From Fistulifera solaris (Eukaryota), in NCBI GenBank assembly GCA_030295235.1, contig AP026145.1, forward strand, positions 930,001-962,882: 32,882 bases of DNA, in the 5' to 3' direction. The notes under the pieces are model-generated. The model did no database searches and was not told where the DNA came from. It was given only the letters and a program-made list of their open reading frames with translations. Shown piece by piece: positions 1 to 10,503 of this stretch. Position 1 is the stretch's first letter. Each line of letters opens with the position of its first letter. A program made the position numbers and the translations under genes.

Positions 1-56
1 GCAACACGACACAACACAACTTAAAACTCCTCGAAATACACAACACGACAACTTAC

Positions 57-108
57 TCGTCTTGGAGGATGCTGGGCTGTTCTTGGGAATCGAAGTAGCA
101 AGGATCAT
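57..108 (-). CDS. Possible first exon of a gene running off the left edge (MILATSIPKNSPASSKT...)
   Basis: ATG at 108, then 17 codons plus 1 nt ending at a canonical GTAAGT donor (56-51), followed by GT-rich intron-like sequence. No recognisable homology. Confidence 0.3.
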
Positions 109-531
109 GATATTGTTCAGTTTTGTTGATCTTTGGAGAGCAATGACCGGAAGAGGAAGAAAATGAATGATCTCTTTGGCGCAGAAAATCAACAGAAGAA
201 GCAGAAAAAAAGATCGATGGATCCGTGTCACAAGGATACCATGTCACGCGGAGTCGCAGTATGCAAAAAAGAGTGCAATCGAAATGAAGCTCTACATCAA
301 AACACACAGAACACGGAAGAACAAGGGGCTGTAGGGTCACTGGGATCTTTGTGTTCTATAAAAAGCCGTACGTGGTGTTCTTCTACCAATCAAAACGACG
401 GAACTAACGATCGTTCGAAGATACGCTAACGTCACGGAACGAACAAAGATTAGGAAAGACTAGACTCGTATCGTCGCAATCATTCATTATACATCTTCAA
501 TAGATTAACGTGAACACTACTCATTGCAAAT

Positions 532-1838
532 CTAACCCTCATAATCTGGAATAATCTCAACACCGGGCAGCTTATCACCCGCCAAGAGTTCAAGCGTGGC
601 GCCACCTCCGGTGGAAACGTACGTAACCGAGGACGTCTTGTCAAAAGCAGCTAGGGCCGCCACACTATCACCGCCTCCAACGACGGTAATAGTACCGTTG
701 CGGGTCACTTTCTCGAGTTCGTCAACCAGCATACGAGTACCTTGATCGAAAGGGGCAATTTCGAAAACTCCCATGGGACCATTGAAGCAAATCTTGCTAG
801 ATTCAGCCAATGCCGATTTGAAGGAGTCAATAGTTGCCGCACCGCAATCAAGACCCATCCAGCCTTCTTCAATTCCGGCGCCGACTTTCATCTCAAATGT
901 CTTGGTGTCTTGAGGATCCATGGGACCCTTGGGAAATCCTTGCGCACAAACGGCATCGACAGGCAAAAGATCTTCTTACCAGCGGCTTCAGCTTGCTCTA
1001 ACAAGTTCTTGGCAGTATCAATCATGCCTTCTTCGACCAAACTGGTACCAATGTTGATACCCTTGGCTTTCAAAAACGTAAAGGCCAGGCCACCTCCCAA
1101 GATCAAATTATCCACGTTACTAAGAAGGCCTTGGATGACGGGAAGCTTGGTACTGACTTTGGATCCTCCGATGATGGCCGTGATCTTGTCGTCGGACGTG
1201 TGGCGGAAATCGAGAAAGGCCAGCTCGGAAGCGACCAAAATACCGATACCGACTTTACTCTTGTCCTCCATGCACGCCGGAACACCGTGTGTCGACGCAT
1301 GCGCACGATGGGCTGTTCCAAAAGCATCGTTGATGTAAGCATCGGCGTAACTGGCCAGAATTTGTGCCATTTCTGGATCATTCTTCTCTTCCTTCTTGTA
1401 AAAACGTAGATTCTCCAACACACAGATTTGTCCTCCAGACAATTGAGACACGATATCTTTCGCGTCGAGACAATCGGGAACAAATACGACATCTTTGTTG
1501 AGCAACTTGCCCAAGTACTCGGCAATGGGCTTGAGAGACAAGGACTGGCGTTCGTGACGCGTCGCATCATCGTCGGCGCCGGCTTGCACCAACTTGGGAC
1601 GTCCCATGTGACTGCACAAGACGGCATTGCATCCGGCGTCAATGACACATTGAATCGTCGGCAAAGCGCCACGGATACGACTATCGTCGGTAATGTTGCC
1701 ATTGGAATCCATGGGAACGTTGAAATCAACTCGAATCAAAAGAGTCTTGTTGGGCTCTCCGAGGGTTTCGAGAACATCGTATACGTTGCGTTTGCGGGTC
1801 GCGCCGACGGGCATGGGAGGAATTCCGGGTTGTGACAT
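532..1838 (-). CDS. PGK: Phosphoglycerate kinase (no obvious targeting peptide); one frameshift near 965-968
   Basis: Motifs RVDFNVP, SHMGRP, LENLRF, NDAFGTAHRAHAS, GGSKVSTK, NGPMGVFE, GGGDS and STGGGA. ORFs 888..1850 and 532..966 join if one base is restored in a T run (KIFLPVDAVC). Confidence 0.97.
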
Positions 1839-2419
1839 GATAGAAAACAAAGTAATGAACTGTTAAGAAGGAAAGGAAATCATGTGAGACCGTGTCAAAG
1901 AAGAGAACGAAATCTTCGACGCTTTTCTACGACCTCGTCTGCCGTCGAAAACATGAGCAGAAACTCCCCACAAGCAACCTGCTCTCTATCCGCCTTTCCT
2001 TCCAAGCCAACACTATCAATTGGGTGGATATCAATTGGGTAGATTGCAGTACTATCATCGTACCTTAGGTTGTTATTATCAATTCAGTCGATCGTTGTGT
2101 TTTTTCTTTGAACTTTATTATGTAGGAGATCGCATCTGCCGTCGAATGAACACGCTTCCAACACACGAAAAAGATTTGGGATTCGCATCGATCACACTAC
2201 CAATAAACAGTACACAGGCGCGCGGAGAAGCCTTCGGTCGAAGCTATTCGACAGAAAGTAGGACGCGTCACAAGAGTAAGGTGTCAGCTGGTCAGTCCCA
2301 TTTCGATGACTCAGTCACGTGTAAGCTGTCACGAACGACGGCCAAATAATATTTATATGTGGCCTTCTTCTAGCAAAAATCCTATGCTTCATGTTACTCT
2401 ATTCATAACAACGCTTCCA

Positions 2420-3118
2420 TTAATTTGTCTTTTTAGAATCACCATGTTTTGCTTGCTTCCCCTTCTTGGCCGACCTAAACAACCCTTCGACAAGGATTTT
2501 CCCCATTTTAATGTACCAGTACCAATTCAATGCATAAAATCCCATCACCGCCAATACAATCGGGTGTTGCCATTCCATACCTTCGTTCCGACATTCCTGG
2601 ATCATAATCGGAATCCACACAATCCGACACATTGTATACACTAGAACAAATAATAAAAATTGCAATGGTTGTCGCGTCCGCTTGGCCCAGTGCATGAACG
2701 GATTGCTGAGTTCACACAGGGCTGCCTTACTGTTGGTGCGCAAATGCCGACATACCGGGTGGGTATAATTGGCGAGACCGAGTCCGAGACACAAGATGCC
2801 GTGCAGTAAATAGGGTCCATCGCTTCGGAGGCTGCAGTCGATGATATCAATCAAAAAGTAACCGACGGACCATAAAATACCGATTCGTTCATTGAAACGA
2901 GTGTCGTCTTGATAATATAAACTCATGATTCCCAACGCAATGGCTCCTAAATTGTGTAAATTGTGTAAAGTTTCCCATTTGTGAAACGAGAATTGAGAGT
3001 AGCGCGCGTACGCGTACGCCGTCGTCCACAGAATCAGGGGTATACTGAAGGGTGCGATGGCAACGGGCGCATTGTAAGCTGACCAAGCGCTAGTCAATGA
3101 TTCTGTGAGCATTGTCAT
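2420..3118 (-). CDS. TLC (TRAM/LAG1/CLN8) domain membrane protein
   Basis: Multiple TM segments; motifs GYFLIDI, LLHG, ELSNPFMH, CRIVWIP and LNWYW; C-terminal KKTN di-lysine ER retrieval signal. Start taken as ATG 3118. Confidence 0.85.
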   Translation of the reverse strand: MTMLTESLTSAWSAYNAPVAIAPFSIPLILWTTAYAYARYSQFSFHKWETLHNLHNLGAIALGIMSLYYQDDTRFNERIGILWSVGYFLIDIIDCSLRSDGPYLLHGILCLGLGLANYTHPVCRHLRTNSKAALCELSNPFMHWAKRTRQPLQFLLFVLVYTMCRIVWIPIMIQECRNEGMEWQHPIVLAVMGFYALNWYWYIKMGKILVEGLFRSAKKGKQAKHGDSKKTN

Positions 3119-3264
3119 TGTGTTTCGAATTGTCCTTTGTTGACTTGTGTCTTTGTTTGTGATCGAATGTGGCTCTTTGTTCTTGGCATGCGTTGTGCGT
3201 TTTGCAAAGAAATTTCCCTGAAGCGCGACAGTCTGTCCGTCGTACATCGGCATTCGCACGAAAA

Positions 3265-3590
3265 TGTGTTGTTTTCACGTCTCCAGAAAATCTGGGTGAG
3301 TGTTGTTTTCACCTGTCCAGAAAATCTGGGCGTGTGTTGTTTTCACTTGTCCAGAAAATCTGGGCGGGTGTGTAACGGGTGTGACTATGTAACGAATAAT
3401 TTTACTTGTTTTCACTTGTCCAGAAAATCTGGGCGGTTGTTGTTTTCACGTTTCCAGAAAACCTGGGCAGGTGTAGGAAATCGGGCGTGACTTACGTGTC
3501 CCGAGTCCAGAGATCTGGGCGTGTGTTCTTTTCACGTCTCCAGAAAATCTGGGAGTGTGTAGTTTTCACATATCCAGAAAATCTGGGTGA
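3265..3590. repeat. Tandem array of ~34-bp units GTTTTCACnnnTCCAGAAAATCTGGG (7 full plus 1 partial)
   Basis: Units start at 3271, 3305, 3339, 3408, 3442, 3528 and 3562, with a partial unit at 3507. The core CCAGA-AAA-TCTGG is an inverted repeat. Confidence 0.95.
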
Positions 3591-3630
3591 TTACAATCTA
3601 TACCGCAAGAAACATGCGTTTGTTGTTCTG

Positions 3631-3692
3631 ATTGTTAATTGTTATGATCGCCCTCTCATTCATTGTTAATTGTTATAATCGCCCTTTCATTC
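3631..3692. repeat. 31-bp tandem duplication (ATTGTTAATTGTTATRATCGCCCTYTCATTC x2)
   Basis: Directly visible, with 2 mismatches between copies. Confidence 0.85.
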
Positions 3693-3742
3693 TGCTTAAC
3701 GTAATCTGTCACTTTCTGATTTACTTCCACGAAAGAGCCGCC

Positions 3743-4204
3743 ATGAAGGAATGCAGTAACACGGTAGAAACAGCCATAATCGATCAGATCGCTTGCATTC
3801 TGAGTTACAACGGTACGGTTCCGGATACGGTTTTAAATTACGCAATCTTGTCAGCACATTTGTACGCGGAACGCATCTCAACCTCACGTCGCTCTACCGC
3901 GACGACTCTCTCCTGCTTCCTATTTGTTGTTGTGTTTCAAATTGTACTGTGCTTGGTGGTAGGATGTTCCGGCATCTCCATAATCTGGTGTGCTTGTTTG
4001 GGATGGCAGTATCGGCAACTGCCTCTGTGGTTAGGTATTCTCGACGGTCTACTGCTCCTGTATTATGCCGTAACAGCGGAATGGATTACGACCGTTGCAC
4101 ATGCTTGTGCGATTGTTATGGGCCAAGGCCTCTACACGTTGTCTTTGTATGCGGAAGAGTCGTTACAGCAACGACCTTTGTATCGCCCTATTGATACGAA
4201 ATGA
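3743..4204 (+). CDS. Hypothetical small multi-pass membrane protein
   Basis: Open frame with about 4 hydrophobic segments; ATG in GCCATG context. Family not recognised and start uncertain. Confidence 0.6.
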   Translation: MKECSNTVETAIIDQIACILSYNGTVPDTVLNYAILSAHLYAERISTSRRSTATTLSCFLFVVVFQIVLCLVVGCSGISIIWCACLGWQYRQLPLWLGILDGLLLLYYAVTAEWITTVAHACAIVMGQGLYTLSLYAEESLQQRPLYRPIDTK

Positions 4205-4303
4205 AGGAAAGAAGATAAAAAGTAATGACTCGTGATTACTATGAAAGAGAGAAATCTACGATCAATTTACATGTATCAGGAAACGCCGTCGTAGCATCCA
4301 TTT

Positions 4304-5229
4304 TCAGGCTTTCCCAACCGAAGTGTTGCAGCAACAATTTTCACATTCAGTTGCAGGCGGGGATATCGCTTTCGCGTTTTCGAGACAACATGATTTTGCG
4401 CAACAACAGCAACTACCGCACGAATGTAAGCATTCCAGATGTTTCAAGAGAAAGATTTCAATTTCTTTTAGATCACTCGATCGAAAGATCCAATACATCA
4501 CATACCACACGGTAAGAAGCATTCCCCAAAAGGCCCCATAGAAAGCTTTGAACCATCGTGCTGTGCACTTTTGATGCTGAAGCAAGGTTGCCATGTCTTG
4601 CCAGTGATGCAAGGCTCGACTACAAGAAGGATGGACGTTTTGCTCGATCCATGCGTTTTGCAAACAATCACTGGGAAAGCTTGTAGCTACGATCGGAGAG
4701 GAATGGCTCACAGGAGATTCTTCTGTCAAGCGACGGCGACTGGTTGATGTGCGAAGATATTGTGATGCAGCAACCGAAAAGGTAGTACGAGGAACAGAAC
4801 CTGTTGGTGATGTTGCTGAGTCAAGTATATTGCGTTTTTCAGTGCTGGAATCCAACGACTGAATCAAGTGAGGTGCACTGTCTCGTTCTAAAGCCAAAGT
4901 TAAAGTCCAGACGTCCATTTCCGGCGTTGCTGCAGCATGTGACGCCTCGGATGAGCCGCACAGTTCCCGCTCGTCTCGAAGACACAGATCGTGCACCGCT
5001 TCGTACGCCGCCTCCACATCTTCATAAGCTCTATTCCAGTAGTCGTTAAGCACTTGATCTGTGAGAAATTTAATAGAACGTTATGGAAATTTCAAGTACA
5101 TGAGAAATGATGGAAGAGTAAAGATAAGAAAGAGGCGTTTCTTCATTTCTTACATTGTCGAACGACCGAGACAGAGCACGCAATCGTCAATAAAAGAGTG
5201 AGAAACGACTGAAGCCTTGTCATTTTCAT
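4304..5229 (-). CDS. Single-pass membrane protein with short Cys-rich C-terminal tail (exons 5229-5154, 5058-4304); paralog of 8673-9991
   Basis: Exon 1 encodes a signal-like MKMTRLQSFLTLLLTIACSVSVVRQ. A phase-1 GTAAG...CACAG intron (5153-5059) joins in frame. Then RRRLTEES, a TM helix and the tail CGSCCCCAKSCC...CENCCCN. Confidence 0.8.
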
Positions 5230-6121
5230 TCTTATTTATAGAGATATAAAATAAAGTCGTTTATCAATTGCAAGGCGTTGATTACTCGTCCACTTTCGTT
5301 GCGTGTTATTCGACATGAGAAATGAGAACCCACCAAGCTCTTTTTTCTGAGAGTCACCTCTCCCGTGATCCTTTTCCCTTCAAAACTCGTGCCAGCGAAA
5401 GCTGCATGTCAGTGCCGGTGTTCGATGGTGTTCGTCGTGATACTCAATTGTTTATAGTCCCGTTCCAGTGCGTCCGTGTCTGTTTTCCTATGAGCAATCT
5501 TACCGGTACCCAATGTGTTATCTGAAAAACTTCAACTCGTGACTGTAAAGCAGTCGTGAAGAAAGGTAATATACATTCGGAGCTATAGTAAATATGAACG
5601 ACAACCATTTACGCTAGCCTTTTTGACCGTAAAGAATCGGTGCATGAAATACCAAGTGAAATACAATAAGTGCTGTTGTTAATACTTGGGTCGTGATAGA
5701 AAAGAATTTAGTTGAAAGGGTTGCAGAAAGACTGGAGTTGAACTTCGAACTACCAATCGAGCTCGAAAAACTGATTATTCATGGCTGAGCGAAATATGAA
5801 AGGCAGCAATCTCCAAAGCCATTTGGACGTAAGGATACGTTGTCTGCATTGCAGATGTGTTGCTTACATCGTAATTTACTTTCGATAGACCTAAATACAT
5901 TGTTGCGTCGCATGCTTGCAATACAGTAGCGATGATTCTTCAATTTCAATTGCTACTATGAGCTGAAGTGTACTGTAAAGGTATCTCTCGTTTTGCGTAA
6001 TGCAGCGCGCATTTTGCACTTTTGCATTGTCATTGTTGTGTAACTCATCATACGCTTCCATCATACGCAAGGTTGCAGCTGATTGAAGCGATAATTACTA
6101 CGACGAATTATAGCCTTAAAG

Positions 6122-7699
6122 ATGCCGTATCGACTATCAAAGTATGATAGTCTTTTGGAGGTAATTCCAGAGGAATTACGAACTCCCGAACAAGTCGCTC
6201 AGTGGCGCGGCGGGCACCAAACGCCTACTTACAAACTGCGTAGAGACCCACGAAATTTCTGCGAAGTCGAGCGGTATGAAGAAATGACAGCCATCTGGAT
6301 GGAAAATGAGACTCTTGTACAAGTGACGCAAGGAGTAAGGTTCCCTCATTTTGACAAATTTCAAAACGTTGAAAATAGCCTACGCTTGGTGGTCGCTTTG
6401 TTCAACCCCACAAGGAATATCGTGATTGAGATATCAGGAAAAGCTGATGACGCTGTTGCGGATACAGCCATGTACTGGTGGAGTCTACATTGCCCGAAAA
6501 CTGCGACCCTTGCCTAAGAATCGACAATCAATGTGATAAGTTTGACTTCGGAACCATCAAAATCAAGCATCTGGCTACACTTTTCGCGCGTAATCCGACC
6601 CGACGTTTACGAATTAACGGTGTGAAACTGAATTCGGATCAGCTGTCCTTTCTAGCCACTAGGGATCACCCGATCGATTTGACATTCGAGTACTCAAACG
6701 TTCTGGAAGATGAGGGTGATGCATTTGTGCGATCGCTTCAGATTCGGGAGCTCCCTTTTGGCTCGCTTCACTTTCTTGGCACAGCTTTTCCCATAAGTGA
6801 TGATAATGTTGAGCGACTTGTACAGCTACCGATTTTTGATAAGCTGACGCTACCGGAATGGGACGATGACAGAGAATTTCTCCCCTTTTCAGCCCGGTGA
6901 GGGCATTGGAATACCGAATTCATACCAGCAAAGTGCAGGCAGCCAATATTCAGGCTATAAATGTCGTACCTGAGGACCTGACCGTCAAAATATGGATCGA
7001 CGATTGGGACGATGGAGAGGAAGAAGCTACTTTGTCTTTGCTTAGTCGGCTGGCTGGTAGCGGACAGCTCCATCACCTTGGTGTGAAGTTCGAAGGCGGA
7101 GGCATTGATTTTGTTGAGCCGAATCACTCGAAAAGCATCTCGGAAGAACTTATCAAAACCGTGTTAGCAAACAAAGAGCTAGTATCCTTGGATATCGACG
7201 TCAGCTTCATTTTTCAGCAAGTTCATTTGACGGAATTTTTAGAATCGCTGGATGATCATAAAGCGTTGCATACCGTCACGATTGAAGTACACGAAGAAGA
7301 CGTAGACTTCTCCGATAGTTCGTGGTTGAAAATTCTGCTGTCTCGCAATCGACGCATTGAAATATATGGCGATTGGATGCTTTCTGTCATGAATTGGGAC
7401 GACCTTCATAAGGTGCATTCTTTCAACCGTTTTTACACTGGATGCAAATCTCTTAAAGAGTCAACGCGTTCCTTCCGAACAAAAATGTTAGTGACAGCCC
7501 TGGAAGAATGCGCTTGTCAAGACTTTAAGCGCACCGCCTTCTTGCTGACCAGCTCACCGACTCGTTGTGCGAATTGATTCAGTCGGTAATCCTTGACGTC
7601 GGCGACCTCACTGATGAGGATGAAAGCGAGTTCTCGGTTGATTCTTTTGAGCGATCATCTCGCATGAAACGTATTAGAACGGATTATGACAGAAAATAG
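6122..7699 (+). CDS. Hypothetical protein (LRR/RNI-like appearance) with three frameshifts (~6493, ~6895, ~7550); sequencing errors or pseudogene
   Basis: ORFs 6122..6517, 6478..6900, 6897..7577 and a final frame (TDSLCELIQ...DRK*) tile end to end. Two of the breaks are at CCC runs. Confidence 0.65.
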
Positions 7700-8038
7700 G
7701 ATCTCTAGTTCAGTCGCGGATTCGGTCTGACTCATTAATTGCTCTGGTAAAGCGCTTTGCTTGGAATCACCAGTGAAACCAAACAGCTAGGCATTGCTGT
7801 TGACAATCTATTTGAACGACATCAGTTTAAGTAGTTGTAGTAGACTTTTCTCCAACTATAAACTCGAGTTCTATCCCAATTTAAGCTACGAAACTTGCCA
7901 ACAAAAACTTGTCAAAGGAAAAAGCATTACGGAGTATAACATTGTAGACTAGGTCTACTACAAGGTGAAATGAATTAATAATATATATTTTCCTCTATAG
8001 ATAAACGTGAGATGCTCGTCTGTCTCTCTGATTGAACT

Positions 8039-8198
8039 TTACGAAGTACTGGTGTGCGTTTTGCAACAGGGGCACTCGGAGCAGCATTTGCAATCATCCG
8101 AGCGACTGCTATCATTTTTACAGCAGTGGCAGTTGTCACCGCACTTGCAATCGGGGGGAGCCGCATGGGCAATGAGTTGTAGGCGCGGAGGAAGTCAT
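8039..8198 (-). CDS. Metallothionein-like protein, 52 aa with 13 Cys; needs removal of one base from the G6 run at 8153-8158
   Basis: Corrected translation: MTSSAPTTHCPCGSPDCKCGDNCHCCKNDSSRSDDCKCCSECPCCKTHTSTS*. CxC and CxCC clusters, no aromatic residues. Confidence 0.8.
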
Positions 8199-8672
8199 GA
8201 TTGCGGATCGTCCTGTCTTACTTCTTCAAAAGAAAACGGGACATCAAGAAATAATGAGGAAAGAGTTGAAATAGTATCAAACGGCGACGACAAACATGAC
8301 AAGCGAGAACGTTCAAAGCTCAATTCACAAAACGATTTCTCCCGTAATGCGATGCTTACCTTCTCGTTTGTGAGTGCGAGGAAAATGAAAGTAAAGAGCA
8401 TTTAGTTTTGTTGTCATGGGTTCACGCTTCGGAAAAGATATCACGGCGAATTTCCATCGAAGAACCTGTTTTCAATAAGAACTACAATCTCGTCCTTATT
8501 AAAGGGGAACTCTTCCGATGAAAGATCGTGCATAATCGATGATTAAGATATGCGTGTTAGAGTGGATTTTAATGTATACGTGACCTGAAGAGGATTTACA
8601 ATCAGAACACAAAGTAAACCGAATCTTGGACTCACGGGCATAAATGAGATTGTAGAAATAAGAAGAAAAAAA

Positions 8673-9991
8673 TTATACGACGAGTATGCGAATCAACGTT
8701 TCGTCGTCATTTGTCGTGGGCAGTTTAGAAGCGGAAGAGGATCCACCACCGCAGCACGAAGCACAAGCTGCACTACAGAGGCCCGTGCCGTTGCAACAAT
8801 TGCAGCAAGTTTCACCAAGAAACGGATTGTCGGAAGAAGTCTTGCAGCAGCAGCAAATGCAAATATCGGCACCCTGCGCATCACGGTTGCTTGCTTGCTT
8901 ACGCTCCGAGCAGCAGCAGCAACTATCACTGCAGCAGCAGCAATCTTGAGAGCAGCACTTGGTTTCGTGGCAGCAGCCCTTTCCATTGCAGCATGCTCCT
9001 GCGCTGCAGCAACATTTGCCGGAGCAACATTCACCTGCGCTGCAACATCCCATGCTATTGCAACAATCATCTCCAGAGCAGCAGCAACAATTGCTACCGG
9101 AGCAGCATCCACCTTCACTGCAGCAGCAGCAGCCGTTACTGGAGCAGCATTTATTGCAGCACGAGCAGCAAGAACAAGCATCGGTTGCCTGAATCATCAA
9201 TCGTTTCATGATTCGAAACAACATCCATACGGCGTATCCAAACCACATGGCACAAACGAATATCAGCACCGTCTGGCACATCCATTTATGCAAATTCTGC
9301 ATTTCCCTTGTGCTTTGCAAATGATTCAAGGCTCGGCTACACTCGCGACGCACGCCTTGTTTCATCCAAGCCTCGTACAAGCACAAATCCGGGAAGGGCG
9401 ACGACTTGTGAGTGCAGGGAAACGACTCTTCCGTCAAACGACGATGACGCATCGTCTCGCTGCGCAGCTGAGTTTCTTGCATTTTCGCGACGTCATCGGA
9501 AGTCGATGCTTGGGGAAGCAATAGGAGGTCTCCGGCTTGTTCGCCTTCGTGATGATTCTCTTGATGACGATTGTCATGAATCCAAATCCAAGTGGTCGTA
9601 GAACCCACAAAGTGCGGAATACTTTCGGCTTGTTGAGATACCCACAAAAAGGTCATCAAAAGATTCGCTTCTTCCATGAGGAACGAAAATTCGGGAGTAT
9701 TGTAGTAACGCGGAGATTCACAGAATCGCCATTGATCCAGCTGACACTGTTCCTGGGCCATCTGATACGCCACAGCGACGTTTTTTTGCGTCATATTCCA
9801 CGACTTTTTCATTTCATATACTAGCGGCGTTTATAAGGGGTAATTTAGTGTAAAAAGATTAAGCAAAACGAAAAGCAGAAAGAGTGTCAGGCCATCACAT
9901 CGTGTGAGACGCTCGATCTTCGACATCTATTCTGCTTACATTGATAGATATTCGCCAAGAGAACAATCGCTAAGCCGTACATGTGTTTCAT
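8673..9991 (-). CDS. Single-pass membrane protein with very long poly-Cys (metallothionein-like) C-terminal tail (exons 9991-9940, 9820-8673)
   Basis: Exon 1 encodes MKHMYGLAIVLLANIYQ. Phase-1 GTAAG...CTAG intron at 9939-9821. Then RHRRLTEES, the TM segment VLIFVCAMWFGYAVWMLF, and about 53 Cys in about 145 aa as CC/CCC/CCCC blocks. Confidence 0.85.
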
Positions 9992-10503
9992 GTTGTTTGC
10001 GCTTTTTATTTTGTATGGAAAATGACTGATAACAGAAATCGCAACACTTTGAAATGAATAAAGAAGGCTGCAAATGGGAGAAATGAGGCGCCAGCGGCGG
10101 TGTTTTTTTACACAAAAATCGTGTAGATATCGTACCTGGTACAGGGCGTCAAGTTCCGCGACGAATGCGCGTGCTGTTTTTATTGTTCAGAATGATCAGT
10201 AGCGCGTCTTCATTCACGAATAGTTGACCTCCTGAAATATGTCGCACCAGGAACAAAACAAGCGATGGTCAGCGATGCCGAACCGGCACTGCTCTTTTAT
10301 AGTAGACAGTACTATCGCAACAGCCCACGTCACGAGCGAACCGGTTTGGCGTTGTTGAAATTTTTTTCGAAAAAAGGCCACGGAAAAGACACGCACAAAA
10401 CCATTGGCAGTTTGTGTTTTCATGTTATTCGTTCTCTTCTTTTGTGTTTGTTTATAGAAACGTCTTTCTATTCAGTCATATTCTATACTCATAAAGCAAC
10501 AGC

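Noticed and set aside
3265..3590. CRISPR array
   Set aside because: Inter-repeat segments are mostly ~8 nt and similar to each other, there are no cas genes, and the context is eukaryotic.
8686..9524. Poly-Q and poly-A ORFs on the plus strand and in alternative frames
   Set aside because: These are shadows of the TGC-rich poly-Cys coding region.
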